Positions 10,018 through 19,757 of a stretch of 60,237 bases of DNA are shown piece after piece. Positions within the stretch are counted from its first letter, which is position 1. Each line of letters opens with the position of its first letter. The position numbers and the translations under genes were made by a program. The stretch is from Fidelibacterota bacterium. GTDB lineage: Bacteria > Fidelibacterota > Marinisomatia > Marinisomatales > Marinisomataceae. The notes under the pieces are model-generated. The model was given only the letters and a program-made list of their open reading frames with translations, searched no databases and was not told where the DNA came from. Location of the stretch: positions 1 to 60,237 of the forward strand of contig JBJKZN010000029.1 in NCBI GenBank assembly GCA_045560315.1. Reading direction: 5' to 3'.

Positions 10018-10722
10018 TTGAAGAAGATTTGGGTTTATCTAAACCTCCTTATATGGACCTTTTTTTATGGTCTGCTGTCAATGTTTTCAATATTACTTTC
10101 AAAAAAGAAAAGCAATTTCAAATACTATGGCATTCAATGGGGTAAGACATTAGCAATGCTATTTGGTGTTCAACTTAGAGTTCTTGGCAAAGAAAATTTG
10201 AACAGCAAAGAACAATATGTCTTTGCACCTAATCACTCTTCGTTAATTGATATTCCACTTTTATTAGTAGCAGTAAATCAATACTTAGTTTTTGTTGCGA
10301 AGAAAGAACTAGATAGAATTCCGATATTTAATACTATTATTAAAAAAGCAGGATTTGTCTTAGTTGATCGTAGGAATAATAAAGAAGCTGTTCAGTCATT
10401 AGAAGATTTAAGGTTAGATATGAAAAAATATCCTCGTTCAGTTGCTATCTTTCCAGAGGGAACACGATCAAAAGATGGAAATCTACAAGATTTCAAGAAA
10501 GGAGCTGCAGTCTTTGGAATTGATACGGGGATGCCGATTATTCCTGTTGCTATTACCGGCTCATATAGTTGGTGGAATAGATCGTTATTTTCAAATAATC
10601 CAAATATTATAACCATTATTTTTGGTAGCCCTATTAATACAAAAAATAGTTCCTACGAAGATCGTAATAAGATTACAATGGGTATTAAAGATCAAATTAT
10701 TAAATTAAGAAATGGACAATAG
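10018..10722 (+). CDS. plsC: 1-acyl-sn-glycerol-3-phosphate acyltransferase
   Basis: TTG start. Acyltransferase motifs NHSSLID (HX4D) and FPEGTRS, with an N-terminal TM helix. Confidence 0.85.
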   Translation: MKKIWVYLNLLIWTFFYGLLSMFSILLSKKKSNFKYYGIQWGKTLAMLFGVQLRVLGKENLNSKEQYVFAPNHSSLIDIPLLLVAVNQYLVFVAKKELDRIPIFNTIIKKAGFVLVDRRNNKEAVQSLEDLRLDMKKYPRSVAIFPEGTRSKDGNLQDFKKGAAVFGIDTGMPIIPVAITGSYSWWNRSLFSNNPNIITIIFGSPINTKNSSYEDRNKITMGIKDQIIKLRNGQ

Positions 10723-11185
10723 TAAATATCAACTAGACAATGTTATAAACGCTATCAATGATCACAAGAAAGATAGTAAAAAAATTGTATTTACAAATGG
10801 CTGTTTTGATATTCTACATGTAGGGCACATTAGATATTTATTAGAAGCAAAGTCTTTAGGGGATATACTAGTGATTGGTATTAATTCAGATAAATCAGTA
10901 AAAGAATTAAAAGGACCATCAAGACCAATTAATCCCTTATCTGATAGAGCTTTAATGCTCTCAGAATTAAGGTATGTAGATTATGTTGTTAGTTTTGAGG
11001 AACAAACTCCATTGGAATTGATTAAAATAATTATGCCAGATATTTTAGTTAAAGGTGGAGATTATACAGTAGAGACCGTTGTAGGTTCAAGCGAAGTCAT
11101 TCATTCTGGCGGACAAGTAAAGCTATTACAGTTCCACAATGGATATAGCTCTACTAACTATATCGATAAAATAAAAAAACAGTAA
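10712..11185 (+). CDS. hldC: D-glycero-beta-D-manno-heptose-1-phosphate adenylyltransferase (stand-alone RfaE domain II)
   Basis: Cytidylyltransferase-fold motif FTNGCFDILHVGHIRYL, then INSDKSVKELKGPSRPIN and LVKGGDY. At 157 aa there is no kinase domain. Confidence 0.75.
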   Translation: MDNSKYQLDNVINAINDHKKDSKKIVFTNGCFDILHVGHIRYLLEAKSLGDILVIGINSDKSVKELKGPSRPINPLSDRALMLSELRYVDYVVSFEEQTPLELIKIIMPDILVKGGDYTVETVVGSSEVIHSGGQVKLLQFHNGYSSTNYIDKIKKQ

Positions 11186-11224
11186 CTTGATTCTAACTTA
11201 CTTTACAAATAATTTCCCATCCCT

Positions 11225-12982
11225 ATGAGATTAATTAAATCATATATATTTTTAACATTATTGCTTGGGTTTGTTTCAGCGCAAGAGACGGTTAGCCCAA
11301 AACCAAAAAAACCATTTATGAATACTAGCGATGCTGCATTTCTAGGAAATGGCAATCGAATTTCATCTATTCTTGATGAAGCAAAACAATTTTTATCAGA
11401 TGCTGTAATTGCTGATGTGAATGAAGATACAGTAGAGGTGGTATATAATATTAAAAGAATCTTTGATCTCCTTTCAGATGTTGAACAGTTAGGGGTCAGG
11501 GAAGAATTAGATAAAATAGAATTTGAAAAGTTTCAATCAGATTTTATTCAAATTTATACTACAAGACTAAATACAATAGGTAGTTCCACTCAATTTTTAA
11601 CTGCAGACTTGATTCGTAGAGATATTGCATCTATAACAGATGAGAATGAATCGGTAGAAATGGGAACAACAAAATTTACTATCATCGATGATCGTGAAGG
11701 TCATATTCCTCTTGTAATTAATTCTCAGGTTGAAAGTTATATTCGATATTTTCAAGGTAAAGGTCGTAAGGGATTCAATATTTGGTTAAAAAGATATGTA
11801 CAATATAGAGATTTAATGATGCCTATCTTAGAAGAGAAGGATCTTCCTGAAGAGTTGATTGTTGTTTCTATGATTGAGTCTGGTCTTGATCCTAAGGCAG
11901 TATCTAGAGCTAAAGCTGTAGGTTTGTGGCAATTTATGTATTCAACAGGTAAGCAGTATGGCTTAGAAAGAAATTGGTATATTGATGAGCGTCAAGATCC
12001 TATAAAATCTACAGAAGCTGCAGCAAAATATTTTAAGGATTTATATAAAGAGTTTGATAATTGGTATTTAGTTTTAGCTGCATATAATACAGGGCCAGGA
12101 AGAGTAAATCGCGCATTAAAGCTTCATGAAACATCTGATTATTGGCAATTATATTCATTACCAAAAGATACAAAAAACTATATACCATATTTTTTGTCAT
12201 CTGCAATTATACTAAGAGATCCCGAAAAATATGGATTCAAGATTCCAAAATCTAATCCACTAAGATATGATGAAGTTACTATTGAAAAAAGTGCAGACTT
12301 AACCGTTCTTGCAAAAGCTGCTGGTACAAAACGTAGCACAATTCAACGTCTTAATCCTGAACTAAGACAACCAGCAACACCGTCAAATGGACCATATAAG
12401 CTGAATATACCATATGGCAAGAAAGATAGTTTTTATAAGAAGTTTAATGCCTTGCCAGATGAGCAGAAATTTGCTGTTCAAAAAGTAGAGCATCGTGTAA
12501 GAAAAGGAGAAAATCTAATATCTATTGCTTCGAAATATCGTGTATCTGTTGCAGACTTACAGACTATTAATAATATTACTAATATTAATAGGTTATCTAT
12601 TGGTCAGCGATTAAAAATTCCAGTAAAAGGCGGAGTCTATTCAAACTATCCAGAGAAGATTATATATAAGGTTAAAAGTGGAGATACGCTAGGTCATATT
12701 GCAGAAAAGTATAATACTAGAGCTGCTGAGATTAGAAAATGGAATAATATGGGCAATTCTTCTAATATATATCCAAATCAAAAATTATCATTATTTGTAA
12801 AGAACAAACCAGATAAGGATACTCCAATTAAAAATGTTTATATTGTCAAATCTGGTGATACCTTAAGTGGTATAGCTGATAAATATAATATAAAGTTAAG
12901 CAAGATTAGAGAATGGAATAATATGACAAAAAATTCTTACAGAATCTATCCTGGTCAAAAGTTAACTTTGTTTGTAGAGTAA
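11225..12982 (+). CDS. lytic murein transglycosylase with three C-terminal LysM repeats (MltD-like)
   Basis: Signal peptide, SLT core (MIESGLDPKAVSRAKAVGLWQFM, AAYNTGPGRV), and three LysM units (HRVRKGENLISIASKY, YKVKSGDTLGHIAEKY, YIVKSGDTLSGIADKY). Confidence 0.85.
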   Translation: MRLIKSYIFLTLLLGFVSAQETVSPKPKKPFMNTSDAAFLGNGNRISSILDEAKQFLSDAVIADVNEDTVEVVYNIKRIFDLLSDVEQLGVREELDKIEFEKFQSDFIQIYTTRLNTIGSSTQFLTADLIRRDIASITDENESVEMGTTKFTIIDDREGHIPLVINSQVESYIRYFQGKGRKGFNIWLKRYVQYRDLMMPILEEKDLPEELIVVSMIESGLDPKAVSRAKAVGLWQFMYSTGKQYGLERNWYIDERQDPIKSTEAAAKYFKDLYKEFDNWYLVLAAYNTGPGRVNRALKLHETSDYWQLYSLPKDTKNYIPYFLSSAIILRDPEKYGFKIPKSNPLRYDEVTIEKSADLTVLAKAAGTKRSTIQRLNPELRQPATPSNGPYKLNIPYGKKDSFYKKFNALPDEQKFAVQKVEHRVRKGENLISIASKYRVSVADLQTINNITNINRLSIGQRLKIPVKGGVYSNYPEKIIYKVKSGDTLGHIAEKYNTRAAEIRKWNNMGNSSNIYPNQKLSLFVKNKPDKDTPIKNVYIVKSGDTLSGIADKYNIKLSKIREWNNMTKNSYRIYPGQKLTLFVE

Positions 12983-13006
12983 AATTTTAATGGAGAAAAG
13001 AATATT

Positions 13007-13297
13007 ATGATTAAACAAGATATTATAGATAGTGTTTCAGAGAAAACAGGGCTGACAAAATTAGAAGTAGAAGCTGTTATTAACACATCTTTTAAAGAAA
13101 TTATTATGACATTAAGTAAGAATGAGAGAATTGAATTAAGAGGGTTTGGAACATTTGCAGTAAAACATAGATTGCCAAAAAAAGCACGCAATCCAAAAAC
13201 AGGAGATCCTGTTTATTTGCCAGAAAGGTATGTCCCTGTATTTAAGCCTTCCAAATTGATGAAGACGACTGTAAATGATAAATTAATTGATTATTAA
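13007..13297 (+). CDS. HU/IHF-family DNA-binding protein
   Basis: 96 aa. ELRGFGTFAVKHRLPKKARNPKTGDPVYLPERYVPVFKPSK is the beta-arm signature of HU/IHF. Confidence 0.85.
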   Translation: MIKQDIIDSVSEKTGLTKLEVEAVINTSFKEIIMTLSKNERIELRGFGTFAVKHRLPKKARNPKTGDPVYLPERYVPVFKPSKLMKTTVNDKLIDY

Positions 13298-13312
13298 ATA
13301 GGAGCACAATTC

Positions 13313-13408
13313 ATGCCTTGTGGTAAAAAAAGAAAAAAAAGAAAAATGAATACACATAAGCGTAAAAAACGCTTACGTGCAGACAGACATAAGAAAAAAA
13401 ATAAATAA
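13313..13408 (+). CDS. bS22-like mini ribosomal protein (AURKAIP1/COX24-like), 31 aa
   Basis: ATG 13313 sits 8 nt after AGGAG (13300-13304). Translation is MPCGKKRKKRKMNTHKRKKRLRADRHKKKNK, with TAA at 13406-13408. It is too short for the ORF track. It closely resembles the MPSGKKRK.HK..THKRKKR...NRHKKK peptides of FCB-group bacteria. Confidence 0.7.
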   Translation: MPCGKKRKKRKMNTHKRKKRLRADRHKKKNK

Positions 13409-13414
13409 GTTAAA

Positions 13415-14281
13415 ATGAAACCAAAAAGTTTTGCTATTTGGGCAAATCCTGAAAAAAAAGAAGTTTCAGGTCTAGTCCATGAAGTTATACTATGGGCAGA
13501 AAATAATGATATGACATTATTTTTGCCTAATAGTTTAAAGCAATTAGAAAGTGCTTCCAATTATTCTAATTTCTATGATCCAGTAAATCCACCTTCCGTT
13601 GATTTCCTATTGTGCTTAGGTGGCGATGGTACTTTAATATCTGGTGTAAGAATCTTTAGCCAACCTACTATTCCTGTTTTAGGAGTTCATATTGGTGGAT
13701 TAGGATTTCTTGCACAAATTATTCCAAAAGATTTAGTTGAAAAGCTCAATATGATTAAAGATGGGAAATTTTCAGCACAAGAAAGATTAGTTTTAAATGC
13801 TAATATTTCTAACAACAATAATTCTTTTTTTGCAATAAATGATTTTGTTGTACAAAATGAAACTGCATACAGAGTTACTTCTCTATCTTTATATATCGAT
13901 GGAAAACATGTAAGTGACTATAAGTCAGATGGAGTTATTATTAGTACGCCAACAGGATCTACTGCATATTCTTTGTCTTCAGGTGGTCCAATTGTACAGC
14001 CAGATGTATTTTCTATTGTAGTGACTCCAATTTCTCCACATTCCTTGACTTCACGACCTCTAGTTTTGCCACCAGATGTTAATATAGAGTTTAGATTTAA
14101 TGGAGATTCTGAAAAAAAATTGAGACTAATTTCTGATGGTCAGAATATTGAAAATTTTAATAATGATTCAACAGTTCAAATATCTCAAGCAAAACATCAT
14201 TTAAAATTTATTACTTTTCCAGATTATGATTACTATGATACATTAAAGAAAAAGATGGTCTGGGGAAAAAGAGGTTCTTAG
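13415..14281 (+). CDS. nadK: NAD kinase
   Basis: GGDGT motif (CLGGDGTLISG), ISTPTGSTAYSLSSGGPIV, 288 aa. Confidence 0.9.
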   Translation: MKPKSFAIWANPEKKEVSGLVHEVILWAENNDMTLFLPNSLKQLESASNYSNFYDPVNPPSVDFLLCLGGDGTLISGVRIFSQPTIPVLGVHIGGLGFLAQIIPKDLVEKLNMIKDGKFSAQERLVLNANISNNNNSFFAINDFVVQNETAYRVTSLSLYIDGKHVSDYKSDGVIISTPTGSTAYSLSSGGPIVQPDVFSIVVTPISPHSLTSRPLVLPPDVNIEFRFNGDSEKKLRLISDGQNIENFNNDSTVQISQAKHHLKFITFPDYDYYDTLKKKMVWGKRGS

Positions 14282-14311
14282 AAATAAATAAAAAATTAAT
14301 AAAGGAGAGAT

Positions 14312-15655
14312 ATGTCTAAATCAATTTCACTAAAAACGATAGATAGGTTTCAAAAAAAATATCAATCAGATAGTCATGTAAAAGTAGTAAGAAATGCAAT
14401 GATTCGTACCGATTTAAGCGATTTAATAATGAATTGGGATCATTATAGAAGTATAAATCATTCTTTTTCTAATGTCGTAGAAGGAGAAATGCCAGTTACT
14501 AATCAAAAATCTAGTGGAAGATGCTGGGGTTTTGCTGGTTTAAACTTATTTAGATTCTATATTGGTAGAAAACATAATTTGAAAAATTTTGAGTTTTCTC
14601 AAAGCTATTTTATGTTTTGGGATAAATTAGAAAAAGCGAATTATTTTTTAGAATGCATTATAGATTCTGCGTCTGAAGATTGGAATAGTCGAATAGTTAT
14701 GCATCTTCTTTCAAATCCTATTGAAGATGGCGGACAGTGGGATATGTGGGTTAGCTTAATTGATAAGTATGGTGTCATTCCACAGTCAGAAATGTCTGAA
14801 TCATTTTCATCAAGTCAGTCATCTGCAATGAATCGAATGATTGCTCGAAAACTTCGTGAAAATGCTAAAGATTTACGTCAAAATATAAGTAAAGGCATTT
14901 CAGGTGATGATTTAGAGTCTATTAAAACAGATATGTTAGAAGAGATTTATAAGATGCTTGCAATGCATATTGGAACACCTCCAACTTCATTTAATTGGCA
15001 AACTCATGATAAAAAGAAAAAGTTTATTAGTTTTGAAAATTTAACTCCTAAATCTTTCTTCGATGATCATGTTGGATTAAATCTTGATGAATATGTGTGT
15101 CTTATCAATTGTCCTATGGAAGATAAAGAATATAGAAAAGTTTATACTGTTGAAGCACTTGGAAATGTTATAGAAGGAAACGCAGTAAGATATCTTAATG
15201 TCACAAGCGAAGAAATGAAAGCTGCATCAACTAGCTCTATTAAAGATAATCATCCAGTATGGTTTGGTTGTGATGTTGGAAAGCACTTTGATAGAAAAAT
15301 AGGAGTCATGGATATAGATTTATTTGACTTTAATTCTTTTTATCAGTCAAAATTTTCTATGGATAAAGCTGATCGTTTACAGTATGGAGAAAGTCAAATG
15401 ACTCATGCAATGCTTTTTACTGGAGTAGATCTAGATGCCGATGATAAACCTATCAAATGGCGAGTAGAAAATAGCTGGGGCGATAAGGTTGGAAAAAAAG
15501 GTTATCATATTATGTCAGATGAATGGTTTGACGAATACAACTATGAAGTTGTTGTACATAAAGATTACCTACCTGAAGATTTATATAATCTTTATAAAAA
15601 TGAAAAAGCTATTCCTCTAAAGCCTTGGGACCCAATGGGTTCTTTAGCAAAATAG
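14312..15655 (+). CDS. pepC: aminopeptidase C / bleomycin hydrolase (peptidase C1B)
   Basis: Catalytic Cys context QKSSGRCWGFA, His context MTHAMLFTG, ENSWG. AGGAGAGA lies before the ATG. Confidence 0.9.
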   Translation: MSKSISLKTIDRFQKKYQSDSHVKVVRNAMIRTDLSDLIMNWDHYRSINHSFSNVVEGEMPVTNQKSSGRCWGFAGLNLFRFYIGRKHNLKNFEFSQSYFMFWDKLEKANYFLECIIDSASEDWNSRIVMHLLSNPIEDGGQWDMWVSLIDKYGVIPQSEMSESFSSSQSSAMNRMIARKLRENAKDLRQNISKGISGDDLESIKTDMLEEIYKMLAMHIGTPPTSFNWQTHDKKKKFISFENLTPKSFFDDHVGLNLDEYVCLINCPMEDKEYRKVYTVEALGNVIEGNAVRYLNVTSEEMKAASTSSIKDNHPVWFGCDVGKHFDRKIGVMDIDLFDFNSFYQSKFSMDKADRLQYGESQMTHAMLFTGVDLDADDKPIKWRVENSWGDKVGKKGYHIMSDEWFDEYNYEVVVHKDYLPEDLYNLYKNEKAIPLKPWDPMGSLAK

Positions 15656-15661
15656 TTTTCA

Positions 15662-16147
15662 ATGGATACACTTAGTCATGCATTTTGGGGTGGAGGGCTA
15701 TTTGGCTATAGAGGTCAAAAATGTTTGGCAGTCTTTTTTGGAGTAATGCCAGATCTAGTTTCTTTTGGAGCCTTATTCGTCATTAAATTTTTTAATGGAA
15801 CACTAAGTTATAGTGGAATACCATCACTGGAAAGTCTTTCTCAGCTAGCACCATACCCTGATTGGTTATTTTTTATGGACAATCTTTCGCATAGCTTTAT
15901 CGTAGCTTTTAGCTGCATTGCTATTGTTTATTTTATTAATAAAGATTTTGTATGGCCAATGCTAGCCTGGCCTTTCCATATACTGTTAGATTTTCCATTT
16001 CATACTAAAGATTTTTTTCCAGTGAAATTATTTTGGCCTATTTCTGATTATTCGATTAGTGGAATTTCTTGGTCAAGCCCTGAGGTATGGTTTCCAAATT
16101 TAGCAGGTATTATTTTACTTTTTTGGTATAGAAAAAAAGATAAATAG
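15662..16147 (+). CDS. membrane-bound metal-dependent hydrolase-like protein (DUF457/YdjM-like)
   Basis: MDTLSHAFWGG N-terminus, several TM helices and scattered His residues (LSHSF, FHILLDFPFH). Family assignment is tentative. Confidence 0.45.
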   Translation: MDTLSHAFWGGGLFGYRGQKCLAVFFGVMPDLVSFGALFVIKFFNGTLSYSGIPSLESLSQLAPYPDWLFFMDNLSHSFIVAFSCIAIVYFINKDFVWPMLAWPFHILLDFPFHTKDFFPVKLFWPISDYSISGISWSSPEVWFPNLAGIILLFWYRKKDK

Positions 16148-16151
16148 TTAT

Positions 16152-17063
16152 TTATCGACCAAAAATCTTACTAAAAATATTTTTAATAATATATCCCGCC
16201 ATTTTAGGATTCTCTTTTAATCTTCTAACAGAATAATCATACCAATTCTCTCCATAAGGGACATATACACGCACCGTATTTCCTTCTTTTATTAATTGTT
16301 GGAGCTTTTTCTCCATTGGTACACCATGTAGGATTTGAAATTCATATTGGTTAGCATCAATTTTATTTTCTTTAATCCATAAATATAATTTATCAATTAA
16401 GTATTCATCATGACTAGCAATTCCAACGTAAGCACCTTTTCTAAGTGCTTTTTTAACTAGGTCAATATAGTTTTCTCTTATTTTATTATAGTCTCTGTAG
16501 GCTATATTTTCATCTTCTATATATATTCCTTTACAAATTCGAACATTAAATTCTTGATTTGCTAATGAATTTAAATCTTGCATTGATCTATGCATATATG
16601 CTTGTAATACAATTCCAACATTAGAATAAGCTTCAAGTGCTTTTTTATATAGATTAATTGTCTCTGATGTGTATGGTGAATTTTCCATATCAAGGCGTAA
16701 AAAATTATCATATTTTTTTGCTGCATTTACCAATATCATCAGATTATTTTTAACAAAATCATAACCTAAGTCTTGACCAATATGACTTAATTTAATTGAT
16801 AGATTTGCATCTAGATTTTGCAAATCAATTTTTGAATATAGTTTTGCATAGCGTTCAGTAATCTGATTTGCCTCTTCCTTTGTTGTAACATGCTCTCCGA
16901 GAATATCAATTGCAACTTTATATCCCTTTTTATTTAATTTTTTTACATTTTCCAGCATTTCATCATCAGTAATACCTGCGATATAAGGAGATGCGACTAG
17001 GCGCACAAAAATCTTGGGCAAAAAAGGAATGATTTGAATTATAAAATAATTTATTAATTTCAT
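16152..17063 (-). CDS. monofunctional proline dehydrogenase
   Basis: PRODH TIM-barrel motifs: LRLDMENS, VGIVLQAYMHRS, VRICKGIY, GIASHD, FQILHGV, VRVYVPYGENWYDYSVRRLKENP. It is the only full-length minus-strand gene. Confidence 0.8.
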   Translation of the reverse strand: MKLINYFIIQIIPFLPKIFVRLVASPYIAGITDDEMLENVKKLNKKGYKVAIDILGEHVTTKEEANQITERYAKLYSKIDLQNLDANLSIKLSHIGQDLGYDFVKNNLMILVNAAKKYDNFLRLDMENSPYTSETINLYKKALEAYSNVGIVLQAYMHRSMQDLNSLANQEFNVRICKGIYIEDENIAYRDYNKIRENYIDLVKKALRKGAYVGIASHDEYLIDKLYLWIKENKIDANQYEFQILHGVPMEKKLQQLIKEGNTVRVYVPYGENWYDYSVRRLKENPKMAGYIIKNIFSKIFGR

Positions 17064-17109
17064 ACCGGATAAATTTAAGAAATAAACAAACTAATGAAAG
17101 CAGTATAAA

Positions 17110-18321
17110 ATGAAGGCAGTACTAATTATAGGAGGCGCAGTTTCTGGGTCAACTGCTGCACAGAAATTAACAGCAGAAGGGGTTCGTTGTGTTATCATTG
17201 ATCAAAACCATATGCCTTATGGAAAGATAGAGGATGGGCTTCCAAGATGGCATGATAAGCAACGCACAAAAGAATATTCAAAGATTGATGATGTAATGTG
17301 TCATGAATTAGTAGATTTTGTTCCCTTAACCAGATTAGGAAAAGATATTAGCTTTGAAGATATATATAACATAGACTGGAGCTGTATTTATTTTGCAAAT
17401 GGGGCTTGGAAAGATAGACCTTTTCCTATTAGTGAGATTGAAAGATTTTCGAATTTCTATTATCAAAATCCATTTGTTTATTGGTTTAATCATTATCATG
17501 AAAATAGCTATAGTGGTCCTTCTGTAGAAATTAAAGAAAATGCTTTGGTAATAGGTGGAGGTCTTGCATCTATTGATGTTTGTAAAATCATACAATTAGA
17601 ACTAGCAAGACAAAAAGTTGAATCAAAGATTGAAGATTTTGACATTGTTGCAATGGCACATAAAGGTATTCCAAAATATTTAGCATTACATGATATTGAT
17701 TATAAAAAACTTAATATTGAAGGAGCTGCTACTCTTGTATATAGGAGAGATGTAGAAAATATGCCTTTGACAACTATTCCTGACAATTTAGATGCAGAGA
17801 TGGTTGAAGATCGTAAATCAGCTCGTAGAAAAGTGCTAAAGAATATGCAAGAGAAGTTCTTATTTAATGTTTCAGAGTGTACTCAGCCTAGCGGATTGCA
17901 TATTGTAGATGATAATTTAGAAGGATTAGAAGTTCTTAAGAGTAAGATTGTAGATGGAAAGCCAATAGCTATCGAAGGGTCAAATAGCATATTAAAAGGT
18001 AATTTAATTATAAGTTCTATTGGAAGTTTGCCAGAGCCAATTGATGGTGTCCCTATGGATGGATCGACCTATAATATTGTAGATAAAGAATCGGGAAAAT
18101 TTGATGAGGTTGATAAGGTTCATGGTATGGGTAACGCAGTCACAGGCCAGGGAAATATCAAAGCTTCTAGGGTTAGTGCAAAAACAGTAAGTGATCTCAC
18201 AATCGATTTGCTTAAAGATGTTAGTTCAGATACGATGGATACAATTAACTCAAAGGTTAAAGATTGGCAGAAAAAAGTATCATATGATGGAAATTATCTA
18301 GAGTGGAAAGCTAAAAAATAA
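17110..18321 (+). CDS. FAD/NAD(P)-binding oxidoreductase (glutamate synthase small-subunit / adrenodoxin-reductase-like)
   Basis: Two dinucleotide-binding motifs (IIGGAVSGSTAA; VIGGGLASIDV) and a C-terminal GNAVTGQGNI motif. Substrate is unknown. Confidence 0.6.
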   Translation: MKAVLIIGGAVSGSTAAQKLTAEGVRCVIIDQNHMPYGKIEDGLPRWHDKQRTKEYSKIDDVMCHELVDFVPLTRLGKDISFEDIYNIDWSCIYFANGAWKDRPFPISEIERFSNFYYQNPFVYWFNHYHENSYSGPSVEIKENALVIGGGLASIDVCKIIQLELARQKVESKIEDFDIVAMAHKGIPKYLALHDIDYKKLNIEGAATLVYRRDVENMPLTTIPDNLDAEMVEDRKSARRKVLKNMQEKFLFNVSECTQPSGLHIVDDNLEGLEVLKSKIVDGKPIAIEGSNSILKGNLIISSIGSLPEPIDGVPMDGSTYNIVDKESGKFDEVDKVHGMGNAVTGQGNIKASRVSAKTVSDLTIDLLKDVSSDTMDTINSKVKDWQKKVSYDGNYLEWKAKK

Positions 18322-18418
18322 TCTTTTTTCTGTTTCTCTAAATATTTTCTAGAACTCAAGCATCTTTTTTATTACTTTCTCATGTCTATAATAGAGGTGA
18401 AACTAAGCACCTAAACTT

Positions 18419-19756
18419 ATGTTGAAAATAAAAGTTAAAAAAGGCCATGACATTAATATTGCTGGAGTTGCATCTAGAGATCTTTTAGCAACTCAAAAAA
18501 ATACTACAGTTTCATTATCTCCTGAAAATTTTAGATATATTAAGCCAAAGCTTTTAGTTAAAGAAAATGACTCTGTAAAATTAGGAGATCCAATATTCTT
18601 TGATAAACTTTCTCCTGAAGTCAAGTGGCCAGCTATTGCATCTGGTAAAATCTCAAAAATTGTTTATGGTGAAAGAAGATCAATAAAAGAGATTGTCTTT
18701 AGTATTGATAATAGCGTTGAAAGTAATAATGCTATTAAAAATCAAGAACCTTTATCTAGTAGAGATGACGTCATTAATTTTTTATTAGAAAAAAATATGT
18801 GGCCTTTTATTACACAAAGACCATTTAATAAGGTTGCAAATCCTTCTGATACTCCAAAATCTATCATTGTTAGTTTAGCGAATACTGCTCCATTATCAGT
18901 AGAATATGATTTCACACTATCATCAAATAAAGATCAAATTATTAGCGCGTTAACAAATTTGAAAAAAATGACAGAAGGAAAACTTTTTGTTGCTATCAAT
19001 CCTGGAGAATTTGATTATTTATCTAATATAGACTTTATTGAATTAGTTGAGGTTCATGGACCTCATCCAGCTGGAAACATTGGCATCATACTTAATCATA
19101 TCGATCCTATTAATAGTAATGATATAGTCTGGACAGTAAAAGGACATCATTTACCTATTTTAGGTAGATTATTCAGTCATGGAATTTTTGATCCATCAAT
19201 TACTATTAATTTAGCTGGGCCTGCTGTTACTAATCCTGGCTATTTTCAATCACGAATTGGTGCTTCATTAGAAACTTACTGCAAAGAAAATTTATCTAAT
19301 GAAAAAGTAAGAGTGATATCTGGAGATGTATTAACGGGTAAGCAATCTGGTATCAATGGTTATTTAGGATTTTACCATTCTTCTATTTCAGTAATTGAAG
19401 AGTCTTTTGATAGATCATTTATGGGTTGGTTGCATCCTGGTGGATCTTCTAAGTATAGTGTTTTCAATGCTTATATAGGAAGCAATAAGTCGCCATATAA
19501 TTTTACAACATTACAGAATGGTAGTCATAGAGCTTTTGTTCCTATTGAAGCTTGGGAAAATGTATTTCCTATGGATATTTATATCAATGCATTACTACGT
19601 AGTATTGAAGCAAACGATTTTGACGAAATGGAACAGTTGGGTATTTATGAATGCGATGAAGAGGACGTAGCATTGTGTTCATTTGTATGTCCAAGTAAGA
19701 CAGATGTAGGTGCAATAATTAGAAAAGGATTAGACATAGTCTATTTTGATCAATAA
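18419..19756 (+). CDS. nqrA: Na+-translocating NADH:quinone oxidoreductase subunit A
   Basis: MLKIKVKKGHDINIAG N-terminus. It is first in a canonical six-gene nqr order. Confidence 0.9.
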   Translation: MLKIKVKKGHDINIAGVASRDLLATQKNTTVSLSPENFRYIKPKLLVKENDSVKLGDPIFFDKLSPEVKWPAIASGKISKIVYGERRSIKEIVFSIDNSVESNNAIKNQEPLSSRDDVINFLLEKNMWPFITQRPFNKVANPSDTPKSIIVSLANTAPLSVEYDFTLSSNKDQIISALTNLKKMTEGKLFVAINPGEFDYLSNIDFIELVEVHGPHPAGNIGIILNHIDPINSNDIVWTVKGHHLPILGRLFSHGIFDPSITINLAGPAVTNPGYFQSRIGASLETYCKENLSNEKVRVISGDVLTGKQSGINGYLGFYHSSISVIEESFDRSFMGWLHPGGSSKYSVFNAYIGSNKSPYNFTTLQNGSHRAFVPIEAWENVFPMDIYINALLRSIEANDFDEMEQLGIYECDEEDVALCSFVCPSKTDVGAIIRKGLDIVYFDQ

Positions 19757-19757
19757 T

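Noticed and set aside
13294-13560. 88-aa minus-strand ORF from the track covering the gap between the HU/IHF gene and nadK
   Set aside because: It runs antisense to the well-supported bS22-like mini-ORF (with SD) and to the nadK 5' end. Its Phe/Leu-rich sequence is the mirror image of the Lys-rich sense frame. It has no start context.
16139-16156. Palindrome GATAAATA-GT-TATTTATC spanning the two convergent stop codons (DUF457-like gene and proline dehydrogenase)
   Set aside because: It is an all-A/T stem with a 2-nt loop, which cannot form a stable hairpin. It is most likely a coincidence of two AT-rich gene ends, so I do not call it a terminator.
18387-18392. TATAAT hexamer 27 nt upstream of nqrA as a -10 promoter element
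   Set aside because: There is no acceptable -35 element at 16-18 nt (CTTTTT). TATAAT-like hexamers are frequent in this AT-rich DNA, so the evidence is too weak to annotate.
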